Source of the DNA: Promethearchaeota archaeon
GTDB lineage: Archaea; Asgardarchaeota; Lokiarchaeia; Sigyniarchaeales; SOKP01
Assembly: GCA_019057795.1 (NCBI GenBank)
Contig: JAHLWS010000053.1
Span: forward strand, 32,001-96,000
Direction: 5' to 3'
Length of the DNA stretch: 64,000 bases
Shown: positions 8,658 through 18,266 of the stretch, one piece after another
Position numbering within the stretch: position 1 is the first letter of the stretch
How the letters are laid out: every line of letters starts with the position of its first letter
Translations under genes and position numbers: made by a program
The notes under the pieces: generated by a model
The model's database searches: none
What the model was told of the DNA's origin: nothing
The model's input: the letters and a program-made list of their open reading frames with translations, nothing else

Positions 8658-9851
8658 TTAAAAATTTTGTTTATTAAAAATTGCGTCTAAAATGCTTTTT
8701 AATTGCTGTGGATTTATCACCATGAAATAAAAATTGTAGTTTAAGATGTTGTCGTTAAATTTTCTATAATCGTTAAAGTTATTTTTTTTAGAGGCGTTTA
8801 AAATTCCAATGTTTCTAAGAGTCGTAATCAAATTTTTAAATTCTTCCATATCTTTTTCGTAATCAATTGATTCACACGAAACAAAGTAAAGATCTTTTAG
8901 TTCCTTTATAGTTATGTAAAGGTTTGAGTTTTTTAAGAAATGATTCGATAAATTGTCTAAAAAGATTATTGTTAGTAATTCTGCTTCAGAAATATAAGAA
9001 AGCATGCTAAACTCGTCTGTAACTTGAAGCGAATCGAACTGATTTCTAAGGATTTCAGAGATTTCTAGATTGTTTAAACTAACTTGCTGATTTAATACGG
9101 GATAAAGCTCCCGTAGTATTTCGATCCCTTTTCCTGGAACTGGCACATAATGCTCGAAAATTAAATCTGTTATAAATTCTACTAATTCTTTGTCAATTTC
9201 ACGCAAAAAAGTTAAGGAGACTCTTTGTTTTAGAATGTCGAAAAGTTCCTTATATGAAAAATAATTTAATTTTTTCTTTAAGTCAAATTCACTTAAAAGA
9301 TCTAATGTTGAGGGTTTTAAAGCCTGATTTACGGTAGCTAGAACGTTCACGCTCGTATCTTTACCGTATTGTAATAACTTTTTGAAGATTTCTGGCTCCA
9401 AATGCTCGATATTGTTAAAAATGAATATAAGGTTGTGATCAACTTTTCTACATGTTAGTTTAAATAGATTCCATAAATTTGATATATTCGAACTTATAAT
9501 GCTTTTAAAATTAAAATTAGTATTTTGATTTTGACCAATTTTAGTTAGTAAAGAAATAATAATTTCCTCTAGATTTTTTTCCCTACAATCAACTTGGATG
9601 TTTAAAAATTCGGTGTTCAAGTTCGATAAATCTCTAATAACTTTATTTATAATAACTTGCTTTCCAATTCCTTGAATTCCTTGATATAAGATAGATAAAC
9701 TAAAATCATCTGAAAATGAATCTTTTAGAATGGAAAATAGAGATTTTTCTTCTCTATTGCGATACAATATTTTGGGTGGGACATAATGTGTGTCAAATAA
9801 AGCTCGAGGACCTACATAACTACTATTATTAATCCTTGGTGTTGATATCAT
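8658..9851 (-). CDS. Cdc6/Orc1-like AAA+/wHTH protein with degenerate ATPase motifs
   Basis: FDTHYVPPKILYRNRE, GIQGIGKQ, FSYKELFDILKQRV; Walker B reads FIFNNIE. Confidence 0.8.
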   Translation of the reverse strand: MISTPRINNSSYVGPRALFDTHYVPPKILYRNREEKSLFSILKDSFSDDFSLSILYQGIQGIGKQVIINKVIRDLSNLNTEFLNIQVDCREKNLEEIIISLLTKIGQNQNTNFNFKSIISSNISNLWNLFKLTCRKVDHNLIFIFNNIEHLEPEIFKKLLQYGKDTSVNVLATVNQALKPSTLDLLSEFDLKKKLNYFSYKELFDILKQRVSLTFLREIDKELVEFITDLIFEHYVPVPGKGIEILRELYPVLNQQVSLNNLEISEILRNQFDSLQVTDEFSMLSYISEAELLTIIFLDNLSNHFLKNSNLYITIKELKDLYFVSCESIDYEKDMEEFKNLITTLRNIGILNASKKNNFNDYRKFNDNILNYNFYFMVINPQQLKSILDAIFNKQNF

Positions 9852-10019
9852 TTTTATTTTTATTTTTTATTTTTTATTATTATTTTAAATTTTTATATAT
9901 AAACCCCTCGGGGGGATAGGTCATTGGAACTAAAAGATTTTCAAAAATTAAAACGTAAAACCAGTTATCCATTTAGAAAAAAATTAGAATTTAATTTTAA
10001 AAATTTGATGCTTAATTTC

Positions 10020-10835
10020 TTACATTATTATTTTTCTTACTTTTAATGAGTTCTTATCAATAATCTCCTTAAATCGCAATTTTCTAAGCTTTTTTGGAAA
10101 GTCTAAATTAATCTCGTCGTATACAAATCCACTGGAATCAATAGGACCTTCAACTACTCTTAACTTAGATGGCGAAATATAATCTTTCACAAACGAAATT
10201 ATTTTACTTTGTCCAGGAAATTTTCTTTTTAATAAACTTCCATAAGTATTACAAGCTACTACAGGAATTCGATTTTCAAGCGCGCGTGCTTTTAAATATA
10301 TTTCCCAGTTTTGGATTCCCTCCGCTCTGATTTGTGTAGGGGAGAATAAAACCTCAGCTCCATTTTCAGCAGCCACCCTGGGTGTTTCAAAGAAAGCCAT
10401 GTCAAAACAAATTAAAATTGCAAAATAAATTTTATTAAAGGGAAATAACACTAACTCTTTTCCAGGCTCAAAATTTTGTCTTTCGTAAGAGTATAAATGG
10501 ATTTTATCTTGTCTACCAATCTCTTCTCCGTCTTTATCAAAATAATAACTAGTAATTCTCGGTTTGATAGAATTTTTCCTTCTTTCCCAAATAGCTCCTG
10601 AGATTATACTTATACCGTACTCTTTTGCTAGATTTTTAATAAAGTTGTAATTATTTCCTCTTTCTTTTTGTAGGTTTAGTTCTTTTCCGTTTGTTAAATT
10701 GACCCACCTTTCTGGTAGGCATACGATGTCGCAGTTGTCAAATTCTTTAATTAATTTTTTTAATATTTCTTCTACTTCAAAATAGCATTTATCTCTTTCT
10801 TGGAAAACTTCTGGTTGAATACACGCAATCCGCAT
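10020..10835 (-). CDS. Carbon-nitrogen hydrolase (nitrilase superfamily)
   Basis: Glu-Lys-Cys triad: VCLPE, QDKIHL, LICFD; ARALEN. Confidence 0.9.
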   Translation of the reverse strand: MRIACIQPEVFQERDKCYFEVEEILKKLIKEFDNCDIVCLPERWVNLTNGKELNLQKERGNNYNFIKNLAKEYGISIISGAIWERRKNSIKPRITSYYFDKDGEEIGRQDKIHLYSYERQNFEPGKELVLFPFNKIYFAILICFDMAFFETPRVAAENGAEVLFSPTQIRAEGIQNWEIYLKARALENRIPVVACNTYGSLLKRKFPGQSKIISFVKDYISPSKLRVVEGPIDSSGFVYDEINLDFPKKLRKLRFKEIIDKNSLKVRKIIM

Positions 10836-10837
10836 AG

Positions 10838-11593
10838 TTAAACTTTACCAATATAAAATTTTTTATTTATATCAATAATTATATCAAAGAGTTCATCCAA
10901 CTTAGAGATTTCATAATCGGGTTTATATTCTTTTGGAATCTTTTCACCTGTTATATTGGTATCGTATTTACCACCACGATGTATGTATACACTATGAATG
11001 TCGTTTAGTTTAGCCGGCACTATATCTTTATATATATTATCTCCAATGTAAATTGTCTCGTGTCCTTTTACATTGAATTTTTTTAGGCAGTACGAGAAAA
11101 GTTTTGGGTTTGGCTTTCTAATCCCGATTTCATCTGATATAACGACTAAATCAATTAATTCGTCAATATCAAGCCTCAATATCTTTTCGTATTGCTTAAT
11201 AGGGATCCCATCCGTTATAATGGCTGTTTTAATAGAATTCTCTTTAAGTTTCTCTAAGCAACTTATTACATCGTCGTATAACTTTATATGCTTAATTTTT
11301 TGAGCGTGATAAGCCATTACAGCAGCGGCAATATATCTAACCTGGTCAATGAATGAAATAGAAAACTTTTCAAGCTCGTTTAATCTTCTAATAAAATAAT
11401 TATAATGTTTCGGAGAATTACTTCCGTATTCTTTAACGATTTCATCGATCAATATGAGGGCTTTTTGGCGATCAATTTTTAACCCGAAGTTTATCATCGC
11501 ATCTATACCCTCAATTCTTGCTCGTTGAGAAAGCATCGTGGAATCAAAAAGGCAGTCATCCAAATCAAATCCTACTAGTTTTATAGGACACAT
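10838..11593 (-). CDS. HAD-superfamily hydrolase (archaeal TIGR02253-like)
   Basis: GFDLDDCL, IITDG, KPNP, YIGDNIYKD. Confidence 0.9.
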   Translation of the reverse strand: MCPIKLVGFDLDDCLFDSTMLSQRARIEGIDAMINFGLKIDRQKALILIDEIVKEYGSNSPKHYNYFIRRLNELEKFSISFIDQVRYIAAAVMAYHAQKIKHIKLYDDVISCLEKLKENSIKTAIITDGIPIKQYEKILRLDIDELIDLVVISDEIGIRKPNPKLFSYCLKKFNVKGHETIYIGDNIYKDIVPAKLNDIHSVYIHRGGKYDTNITGEKIPKEYKPDYEISKLDELFDIIIDINKKFYIGKV

Positions 11594-11799
11594 AATCTTT
11601 TTCGGTTTAACCTTTTAGTTTTATTTTATTGAAATATTAATACAATATATTTTACACTACAGTAATAGATGACTATGTAAGATAAATTTATTTATCCTTA
11701 CGAATATATAATTTTTAATATTAATTTATTCTAGGTAATACTATAAATATATTAGCCATAAAGATATTGAAAATATAACACTTAATGGAGTTTAATTAA

Positions 11800-12960
11800 T
11801 TGAAACCCGTCGTTGCATTATCTTATTTCCATCGAAAAATCGGTCCACTAGTTTTTTATTCCTATCCAGATAGTATGCTAGACGAGCAGCTTTCAATCAG
11901 AATCGCAAATATAATGGATCAAACAGTCAGTGAAGGGTTCTTCACCCACTCGTTCGAGAAAAATAACTCAAACAATTATTACTTCGAGATTTCTTCAGAC
12001 TGGGCACGGGGTAATAGAGATATGTTAATGGTTTCGATTATCTTCGATGAACAGACTACTCCAGAAATTGAACAAATTGTGCACAAATTATGCTTAGAAT
12101 TTTCAGAAAAGCTTTTAAAAACTGAAGAGATTTTTTCAGCATTTTACATCTCCGACATTAATAACTTTGAAGAAGAAGATAAAGAGGTTATCTACAAATA
12201 CAATGCGTTGGTTAAACTATGGGTTCAAGAATTATACTGGAATGTACTTGAAGATACAAGGGAAAAAAGCGAAGAAGAAAAGATTGCAACGCTATTGAAC
12301 AAAAAACACATGTTCTTGACACTAAAAAGGTTATCCAATGGTCCAACTACGCTAGAAGGATTAAGAGAATGGTACAACCATGCCTTTCCAGAATTAGATT
12401 TTAAAAAATTAATGGATACGCTTGTTAGAAAACAGTTTATTTTCATAAATCAGATTGGAATTGTAGAAAAGTATGTGTTACTACTAAAAGAAGTTAATGC
12501 CGAAAGAATCCCTCCCGATAGCGTCATAGAATACATCGACGAAAGTCCCGAACTAATTGAACCCGAATTAATAGAGTTATTACTTCCGAAAGTCCAAGAA
12601 TATTTTAGTATTTATGAGAACAAAAGTAAGAAAGAATTAGAAGAAGATACCTTTACATTATTTCAAATTGTGTCTGACCCTAAAAAATATAACGTGCTTT
12701 CAGAATTAAGGCACGGGCTAATAGCTAGCGATAAGCTACCAAAATTAGTCTCCAAGACGACTTTAGACCATTTAAATACTTCGTTAAAGTTTCTAAAAAA
12801 ACACGATATTATCGAAGAATTAAAGTTTAAAAACGAGAGTTACATCTTTTTAAAATCAAATATCCAAATAACTACTGCTTTCCCCGGATATTTAAGAAAA
12901 TCTTTGTCGAAAGAATCTAAACCCATCATAGCAAAAAAGCAAAAACCAAAAGGAAAATAA
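11800..12960 (+). CDS. Longin/uDENN-domain protein with C-terminal winged-helix-like segments (Asgard ESP-type)
   Basis: N-terminal ALSYFHRKIGPLVFYSYP matches the uDENN/longin first hairpin; WARGNRDMLMVS; TTG start after GGAG. Confidence 0.6.
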   Translation: MKPVVALSYFHRKIGPLVFYSYPDSMLDEQLSIRIANIMDQTVSEGFFTHSFEKNNSNNYYFEISSDWARGNRDMLMVSIIFDEQTTPEIEQIVHKLCLEFSEKLLKTEEIFSAFYISDINNFEEEDKEVIYKYNALVKLWVQELYWNVLEDTREKSEEEKIATLLNKKHMFLTLKRLSNGPTTLEGLREWYNHAFPELDFKKLMDTLVRKQFIFINQIGIVEKYVLLLKEVNAERIPPDSVIEYIDESPELIEPELIELLLPKVQEYFSIYENKSKKELEEDTFTLFQIVSDPKKYNVLSELRHGLIASDKLPKLVSKTTLDHLNTSLKFLKKHDIIEELKFKNESYIFLKSNIQITTAFPGYLRKSLSKESKPIIAKKQKPKGK

Positions 12961-12961
12961 T

Positions 12962-13216
12962 ATGAGTAAAGTCGACGATTCTCTCAAAGATATAAAGTAT
13001 TTACTAGGGAATATGGGTATGGACATCTTTTTTGCCATCGATAATGGAGCAAAAGATTATGAGACTATAAAAATCTTCTCTGGACTTCCAATGGCTTGCG
13101 TTAAGGGACGATTACCAGTTCTCCTCGACCTCCTACTCGTTGTAAAAAACGATGATGGCTACTTTTTAACTAATAAAGGATTAAATTTTAAAGCTCAGAT
13201 CGAAAATAACCATTAA
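12962..13216 (+). CDS. Small winged-helix protein
   Basis: HTH plus wing (LLVVKNDDGYFLTNKG); starts immediately after the upstream stop. Confidence 0.6.
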   Translation: MSKVDDSLKDIKYLLGNMGMDIFFAIDNGAKDYETIKIFSGLPMACVKGRLPVLLDLLLVVKNDDGYFLTNKGLNFKAQIENNH

Positions 13217-13293
13217 TTAAGATTTAAATTTCAGATTGGGGCGACAACGTCATCGCTAGAGCTTAGCTCTTATCTATTGTCATAAGTTCATCA

Positions 13294-13836
13294 TTAATCT
13301 AAATTCTTACTTTTATTAAGGTTGTTATTAGTTAAATTTTTTGCCCTATGGTACTTCCTTTCAAAGTAGCCAGGCGTCTTTAAACCACCACATTCGTTTA
13401 TTAATTTCTGTAAACCCCCCTCTTCTTTTATCCGATTTTTTAATACATTGTATTTTTGGAGGGTTAATTCTTTTCTTTCTAAAAGATAATCTAAAATAGC
13501 AAACGCTTCCTCATTTTCCGTACAACGCCTAATGAAATCGATTGCACCAGGATTTCGTAAATCCTTGCGATAATTGTTAACTTGAACTAACTGTGGTTCC
13601 TCATCGGATCGTTCAATCTCGTAATCGACTGCCTTAATCTTTAAAGATTTCTTCTTTTCAGATAATTCGCACATTAGTCTAGGAAATTGGTGCTTTAGTT
13701 CTGCTTTGTCGTACGACATTTCCAAACCGTCCTCATTAATAACATCTATATTCTTCTCTAAGTTTTTAAGCACCTTCTCTTTTTCCTTTTCTTCTTTTAT
13801 CTTTTCGCCGTTTTTGTTTTTTCTCGTTTTCTCCAT
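13294..13836 (-). CDS. DUF2095 family conserved archaeal protein
   Basis: ELKHQFPRLMCEL, NPGAIDFIRRC..EEAFAILDYL, KTPGYF. Confidence 0.7.
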   Translation of the reverse strand: MEKTRKNKNGEKIKEEKEKEKVLKNLEKNIDVINEDGLEMSYDKAELKHQFPRLMCELSEKKKSLKIKAVDYEIERSDEEPQLVQVNNYRKDLRNPGAIDFIRRCTENEEAFAILDYLLERKELTLQKYNVLKNRIKEEGGLQKLINECGGLKTPGYFERKYHRAKNLTNNNLNKSKNLD

Positions 13837-13947
13837 TTGTAAATCGATTTCTTGTAGTAGTAAATTCTATGAGAGTTTGTTAATTATAAAAATCCAATTA
13901 AAATTATAAAAATATCTGTTAACAAAAATAGAAAAATATTAACTTAT

Positions 13948-13993
13948 GCGCCCTTCGAAATGGTATCTATACCCGCTGGGGTTAAATCTTAGC
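13948..13993 (+). promoter_or_regulatory. GC-rich structured element upstream of rpl15e; candidate r-protein leader RNA
   Basis: Hairpins GGTA-TCTA-TACC and GCTGGGGT-TAA-ATCTTAGC within an extremely AT-rich spacer. Confidence 0.4.
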
Positions 13994-14164
13994 AATTATA
14001 GAAATTGTAATAAAAATTTAACTAAATTTATTAACTACAGATAAAAGATGTGAATATTTTAAATATTATTACCAATTCAAAAAGCCAACAAAATAATAAA
14101 ATTAATTAATTTTACATAATTTCAATATTTATTAATATTGGATTGCTATTGGAGAATGCCTAAA

Positions 14165-14752
14165 TTGACTAAATCTGGATATAGTTATATAAAAGAAACA
14201 TTCGAAAAACACGAAACTGGATATCAAACTAATCATTGGGAAAGAGGAATCAAATACAGAAAGGGAAAGTCTGTCGAACGGGTTGAAAGACCGACTAAAT
14301 TGCATAGGGCACGAACTCTTGGCTATAAAGCTAAACAAGGCTACATAGTTGTTCGAGCGAGGATCAGAAAAGGGGGAATGCACAAGGTTCGGCCGAAACG
14401 AGGTAGAAAACCTCGCGCGATGGGTGTCTCTAAATATACTACCGGTAAAAATTTACAATGGGTCGCTGAAGAACGCGTACAACGTAAATATCCCAACATG
14501 GAAGTACTCAATAGCTATAAAGTATATGCCGACGGTCGAAGTTGGTATTACGAGGTTATACTTGTAGATCCATCGCATCCTGTAATAAAAGCAGACCCAA
14601 AAATTAATTGGATTTGCGAAGCACCTCATAAAAGGAGAGTTTCCAGGGGTTTGACCTCTTCGGGAAGAAAAGCTCGAGGGTTACATAAAAAAGGATGGGG
14701 GTCTGAAAAGACACGTCCGAGCTTAGGCGCAAATAAAGGTCGTGGTAAATAA
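14165..14752 (+). CDS. rpl15e: 50S ribosomal protein eL15
   Basis: RPTKLHRARTLGYKAKQG, EVLNSY, EVILVDPSHP, RGLTSSG; TTG at 14165 (MTKSGYSYI) after GGAG. Confidence 0.96.
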   Translation: MTKSGYSYIKETFEKHETGYQTNHWERGIKYRKGKSVERVERPTKLHRARTLGYKAKQGYIVVRARIRKGGMHKVRPKRGRKPRAMGVSKYTTGKNLQWVAEERVQRKYPNMEVLNSYKVYADGRSWYYEVILVDPSHPVIKADPKINWICEAPHKRRVSRGLTSSGRKARGLHKKGWGSEKTRPSLGANKGRGK

Positions 14753-14930
14753 ATCGGTTTTTATCTAAATTTATCCTTCTTTTTCAGTAAACATATTGTT
14801 TTGATTCTTTAATTCTATTAATTGGAAGTCAAGTTTTAAAATTTTTTCATAATTCCAAATCAATTAATCAAAAGAAATTATTATTAGAATACTAGTAAAT
14901 TTTGATTTTGAAGTCGTTTGGTGTACCAGT

Positions 14931-15734
14931 TTATAATTTATTGATTGAGATTGTCATTCCGCCGTCTATAATTATGTTTTGGCCAGTTATGTAGTCAGCT
15001 ATTGGAGAAGCTAAAAATAGGGCGAGATCTGCCACCCATTTGGAATCTCCAATTTTGTCTATAGGAATTTTAACACCTCTCGTTTCTAGGAACTGACGAA
15101 TTTTTCTTGGGTCGTTATCATATATTGGGGTAAGGAACACTCCTGGCGATAAAGCGTTGACAGTTATATCAACTGGGCCAAGTTCCAAAGCCCAAAGTTT
15201 TGTAAACGCAATAACAGTGGCTTTAGAAGCGCTATATATACCTAACATTGGATTTATTCCATTCGCAGTTCCAGCACAGGATGCAATATTGATAATTTTA
15301 GCCCGAACTGGTTTAAATTGCCTTTGGCTTTTCATTTTTCTAAAGAAAGTCTTAGTCACATTCCAAGTACCTTTAGCGTTGATCCCCATAACTTTATCAT
15401 ATGTTTCTTCTGATGCAGAGAGCGATTTATAGGCACCACCATCAATTCCAGCGTTATTAATCAATATAAATACGTTATCAAACCTTTCAAACACTTGCTT
15501 TTTCATTCTTTCGACTTCTTCTAACTTTGAAATATCTGCCTGAGCGAGAAGTATTTCCACATTATTATCTTTTAAAACCAAATCACGCGTTTCTTCAAGA
15601 CCCTTCATGTTGATATCGTTTAATACTAAATTTGCCCCTTTATTGGCAAAAGTTATAGCCATTTCTCTTCCAAATCCGCTTCCAGCCCCTGTAATTAAGA
15701 CGACTTTTTTTATTAAAAATTTATCTTCTGACAT
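14931..15734 (-). CDS. Short-chain dehydrogenase/reductase (FabG-like)
   Basis: TGAGSGFG, NNAG, YSASK, ITGQNIIIDGG. Confidence 0.92.
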   Translation of the reverse strand: MSEDKFLIKKVVLITGAGSGFGREMAITFANKGANLVLNDINMKGLEETRDLVLKDNNVEILLAQADISKLEEVERMKKQVFERFDNVFILINNAGIDGGAYKSLSASEETYDKVMGINAKGTWNVTKTFFRKMKSQRQFKPVRAKIINIASCAGTANGINPMLGIYSASKATVIAFTKLWALELGPVDITVNALSPGVFLTPIYDNDPRKIRQFLETRGVKIPIDKIGDSKWVADLALFLASPIADYITGQNIIIDGGMTISINKL

Positions 15735-15945
15735 TTTTCTTTACATCTTAAAAATATAGAATTATAATTAATAGATTAGGTTTATTCTGCATTGATTTAA
15801 ATTTTTTTTAAAAATCCTCGTTTCATAATATAAATTATTTTGTTTTATCTTTTTATTCGAATAGAGGCTAAGGGCTAAATTATCGGTTGCTGTAAAGTTA
15901 AAAAAATTAGTTAAAATAAATTTATGATTTAATGATGTTTATATC

Positions 15946-17679
15946 CTATCCAAACAAACCTTTGCTTTTTTTATAGAGTCCGACGATTTTCATGGCGGAT
16001 GGCGTTTCAAAGGCGATTTCCACATCGATAACGGCTGGTTTTTTAGAATCTATAGCTCGTTGTAAGGCTGGTTTAATATCATCTGGTTTAAGAACTTTTT
16101 CCCCATAGCAACCAAAACTCTTGGCGATTTCAGCGTATTTGATCGGCGGAAAATCAACATCACAATATCGCTTGTTTAAATTCCCTTTTTGTCCGCTTTT
16201 AATCATACCCCAACAGCCATTGTTAGCTATCACGATAATTATAGGTAGGTTTAATCTGACCGCAGTTTCTAGTTCTTGTATATTGAACATAAAACTGCCA
16301 TCTCCAGTTAGACAGACGACCATCTTATCCGGTTTAGCCATTTTAACTCCAATTGCATAAGGTATGCCTACGCCGAGATGTCCCATTGAAATTGGATAAA
16401 ATGTAGATCGAGGACTACGATGTTTGTAGTTGATATATTTGTACGAAAATACTACGATGTCGCCACCATCAAGAACAATCTGAGTATCAGGGCTGATGAA
16501 GTCAAACAATTCATATACCAACCTTTCGGGTTTCATAGGTAATTTGGTAGATTTTAACATTTTTGGAATTAATTGAGCATCGTTTTTGCGTATTTCTTGT
16601 AAGTAATCATTCCATTCGGACCACTCGGAAACTTTTTGTTTTGGAAGGTTCTTTTCCATTTCGTTTAATAATTGGTTAATGACGGCCTTACAATCTCCAA
16701 TAATATTAACTTCCGGAAACCTATTTTTTCCAATTTCGTTTGGATCAATGTCGACTTGGATGATTTTTTGAGCTTGATTCCAGATAGGAGGGGCACCGTA
16801 AAGAATTGAATAATCCCACTTACACCCCAGAGACAATATAACATCAGATTCAGATGCTGCAGTACGATAAGCGTTCGAAATTAAATAAGAATCCAAGAAA
16901 GTTTTATTATCATTTCCCATTGAGCCAATGCCGTTAATTGTTGTCCCAGTTGGAATCATATAGGCTTGCGATAACTTTTTTAACTCTTCGGAGGCTTCGG
17001 AGGCAATTAAGCCTCCACCAGCTATTATTAATGGTTTATTGGCAGTTTTTAAAACTTCAACGGCTTTACTAATTTCTTCTGGGTGCCCGTAGGGCCTGTG
17101 AATTGGTCTATATTCTTTTGGTTCCCTAATATTTTTAATATCTTCTTCAGTTGCAGCTCTAACTAAAGCAGTTTCTCTAAGTTCAAGGAAAACGGGTCCT
17201 CGTCTTCCCGAAAGTGCAATTTTCATAGCTCTCTGGACGGCGTGAGGGATTTCGTTTGGTTCTTCTACTTGAATTTGTGCTTTAGTGATTGGTCTCATTA
17301 AAGCGAGCTGATCGATACCTCCTTGTAGTATACCTGTATCTTCAAACATACGCCCAATTTGCGCGCCAATTACTAACATCGGAATCGAGTCTGCGTTAGC
17401 TGCGGCCACAGCTGGAACTAAGTGAGTTACACCAGGCCCAAGAGTCCCCATACAGACGCCAATCTCCCCCGTTGCTCGTGCCCACACATCTGCCGCGTGT
17501 CCTCCGGCTTGTTCGTGGCGCACCATAACTGTGTCTATACCTTCTTCGCGCCCCCATCGTTCTACGGCGTCATAAATTCTCAACAGTTCTCCGCCAACGA
17601 TACCGAAGATTTTGGTAACGCCTTCCTTCAATAAGCATTTAACCAGTAAATCTCCGCCATTTAATATTTGTTTTGACAT
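15946..17679 (-). CDS. Thiamine-diphosphate enzyme (acetolactate synthase / 2-hydroxyacyl-CoA lyase family)
   Basis: VRHEQAG, GPGVTH, GPVFLEL, TGDGSF..NNGCWG ThDP motif. Confidence 0.9.
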   Translation of the reverse strand: MSKQILNGGDLLVKCLLKEGVTKIFGIVGGELLRIYDAVERWGREEGIDTVMVRHEQAGGHAADVWARATGEIGVCMGTLGPGVTHLVPAVAAANADSIPMLVIGAQIGRMFEDTGILQGGIDQLALMRPITKAQIQVEEPNEIPHAVQRAMKIALSGRRGPVFLELRETALVRAATEEDIKNIREPKEYRPIHRPYGHPEEISKAVEVLKTANKPLIIAGGGLIASEASEELKKLSQAYMIPTGTTINGIGSMGNDNKTFLDSYLISNAYRTAASESDVILSLGCKWDYSILYGAPPIWNQAQKIIQVDIDPNEIGKNRFPEVNIIGDCKAVINQLLNEMEKNLPKQKVSEWSEWNDYLQEIRKNDAQLIPKMLKSTKLPMKPERLVYELFDFISPDTQIVLDGGDIVVFSYKYINYKHRSPRSTFYPISMGHLGVGIPYAIGVKMAKPDKMVVCLTGDGSFMFNIQELETAVRLNLPIIIVIANNGCWGMIKSGQKGNLNKRYCDVDFPPIKYAEIAKSFGCYGEKVLKPDDIKPALQRAIDSKKPAVIDVEIAFETPSAMKIVGLYKKSKGLFG

Positions 17680-17749
17680 AAATAAACATTATTAAAAATA
17701 AGAATTAAATATTGCTATATGTCAAATTAAACATAATTGAACGAAAGTT

Positions 17750-18193
17750 TCAAAAAGAGATTAATTCTAAATAGAAGCCAAGAGTTTTTTTGGTGTCTAA
17801 ATAATCGAATTTCACTTTTCCAGCTTTTCCGGTTTGGATAACATCGATGTTATATTGGTTTTTAAAATATTCAATTAATTCATCCGCGTTCTTGGTGTAA
17901 GCGCCGAGGTGATGTAGCCCCTCGTTACCTTCTTTAATAAAGTCTAAATAAAGGTGGTCTCCGTTTGAATCTAATATTTCTACGATTTCGAATTGCTTTC
18001 CTCCGAAGTTCTGCATCACCTTTTTCATTTGAAATGTAACTTCCTTTCCTTCATATAAGACTGTAGAACTCTGTTCGACGATGTTTAGTTTAGTTTTAAA
18101 ATCCATGACGCCACCGAATATTTTAGCAGCGCTTTCGATATCTTTTACGACTATTCCAATTTGGTCGAACTTTTCAAGCTTTATTTCAGACAT
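17750..18193 (-). CDS. VOC family protein (methylmalonyl-CoA epimerase-like)
   Basis: DQIGIVVKDIE, QFEIVE, EGLHHLG, YLELI. Confidence 0.85.
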   Translation of the reverse strand: MSEIKLEKFDQIGIVVKDIESAAKIFGGVMDFKTKLNIVEQSSTVLYEGKEVTFQMKKVMQNFGGKQFEIVEILDSNGDHLYLDFIKEGNEGLHHLGAYTKNADELIEYFKNQYNIDVIQTGKAGKVKFDYLDTKKTLGFYLELISF

Positions 18194-18266
18194 TTAATCT
18201 CACTTGTTTTCTAACTTTTTTTATTTAATCAATTTAATTATTTTATCTATTTATTTATTTATTTAT

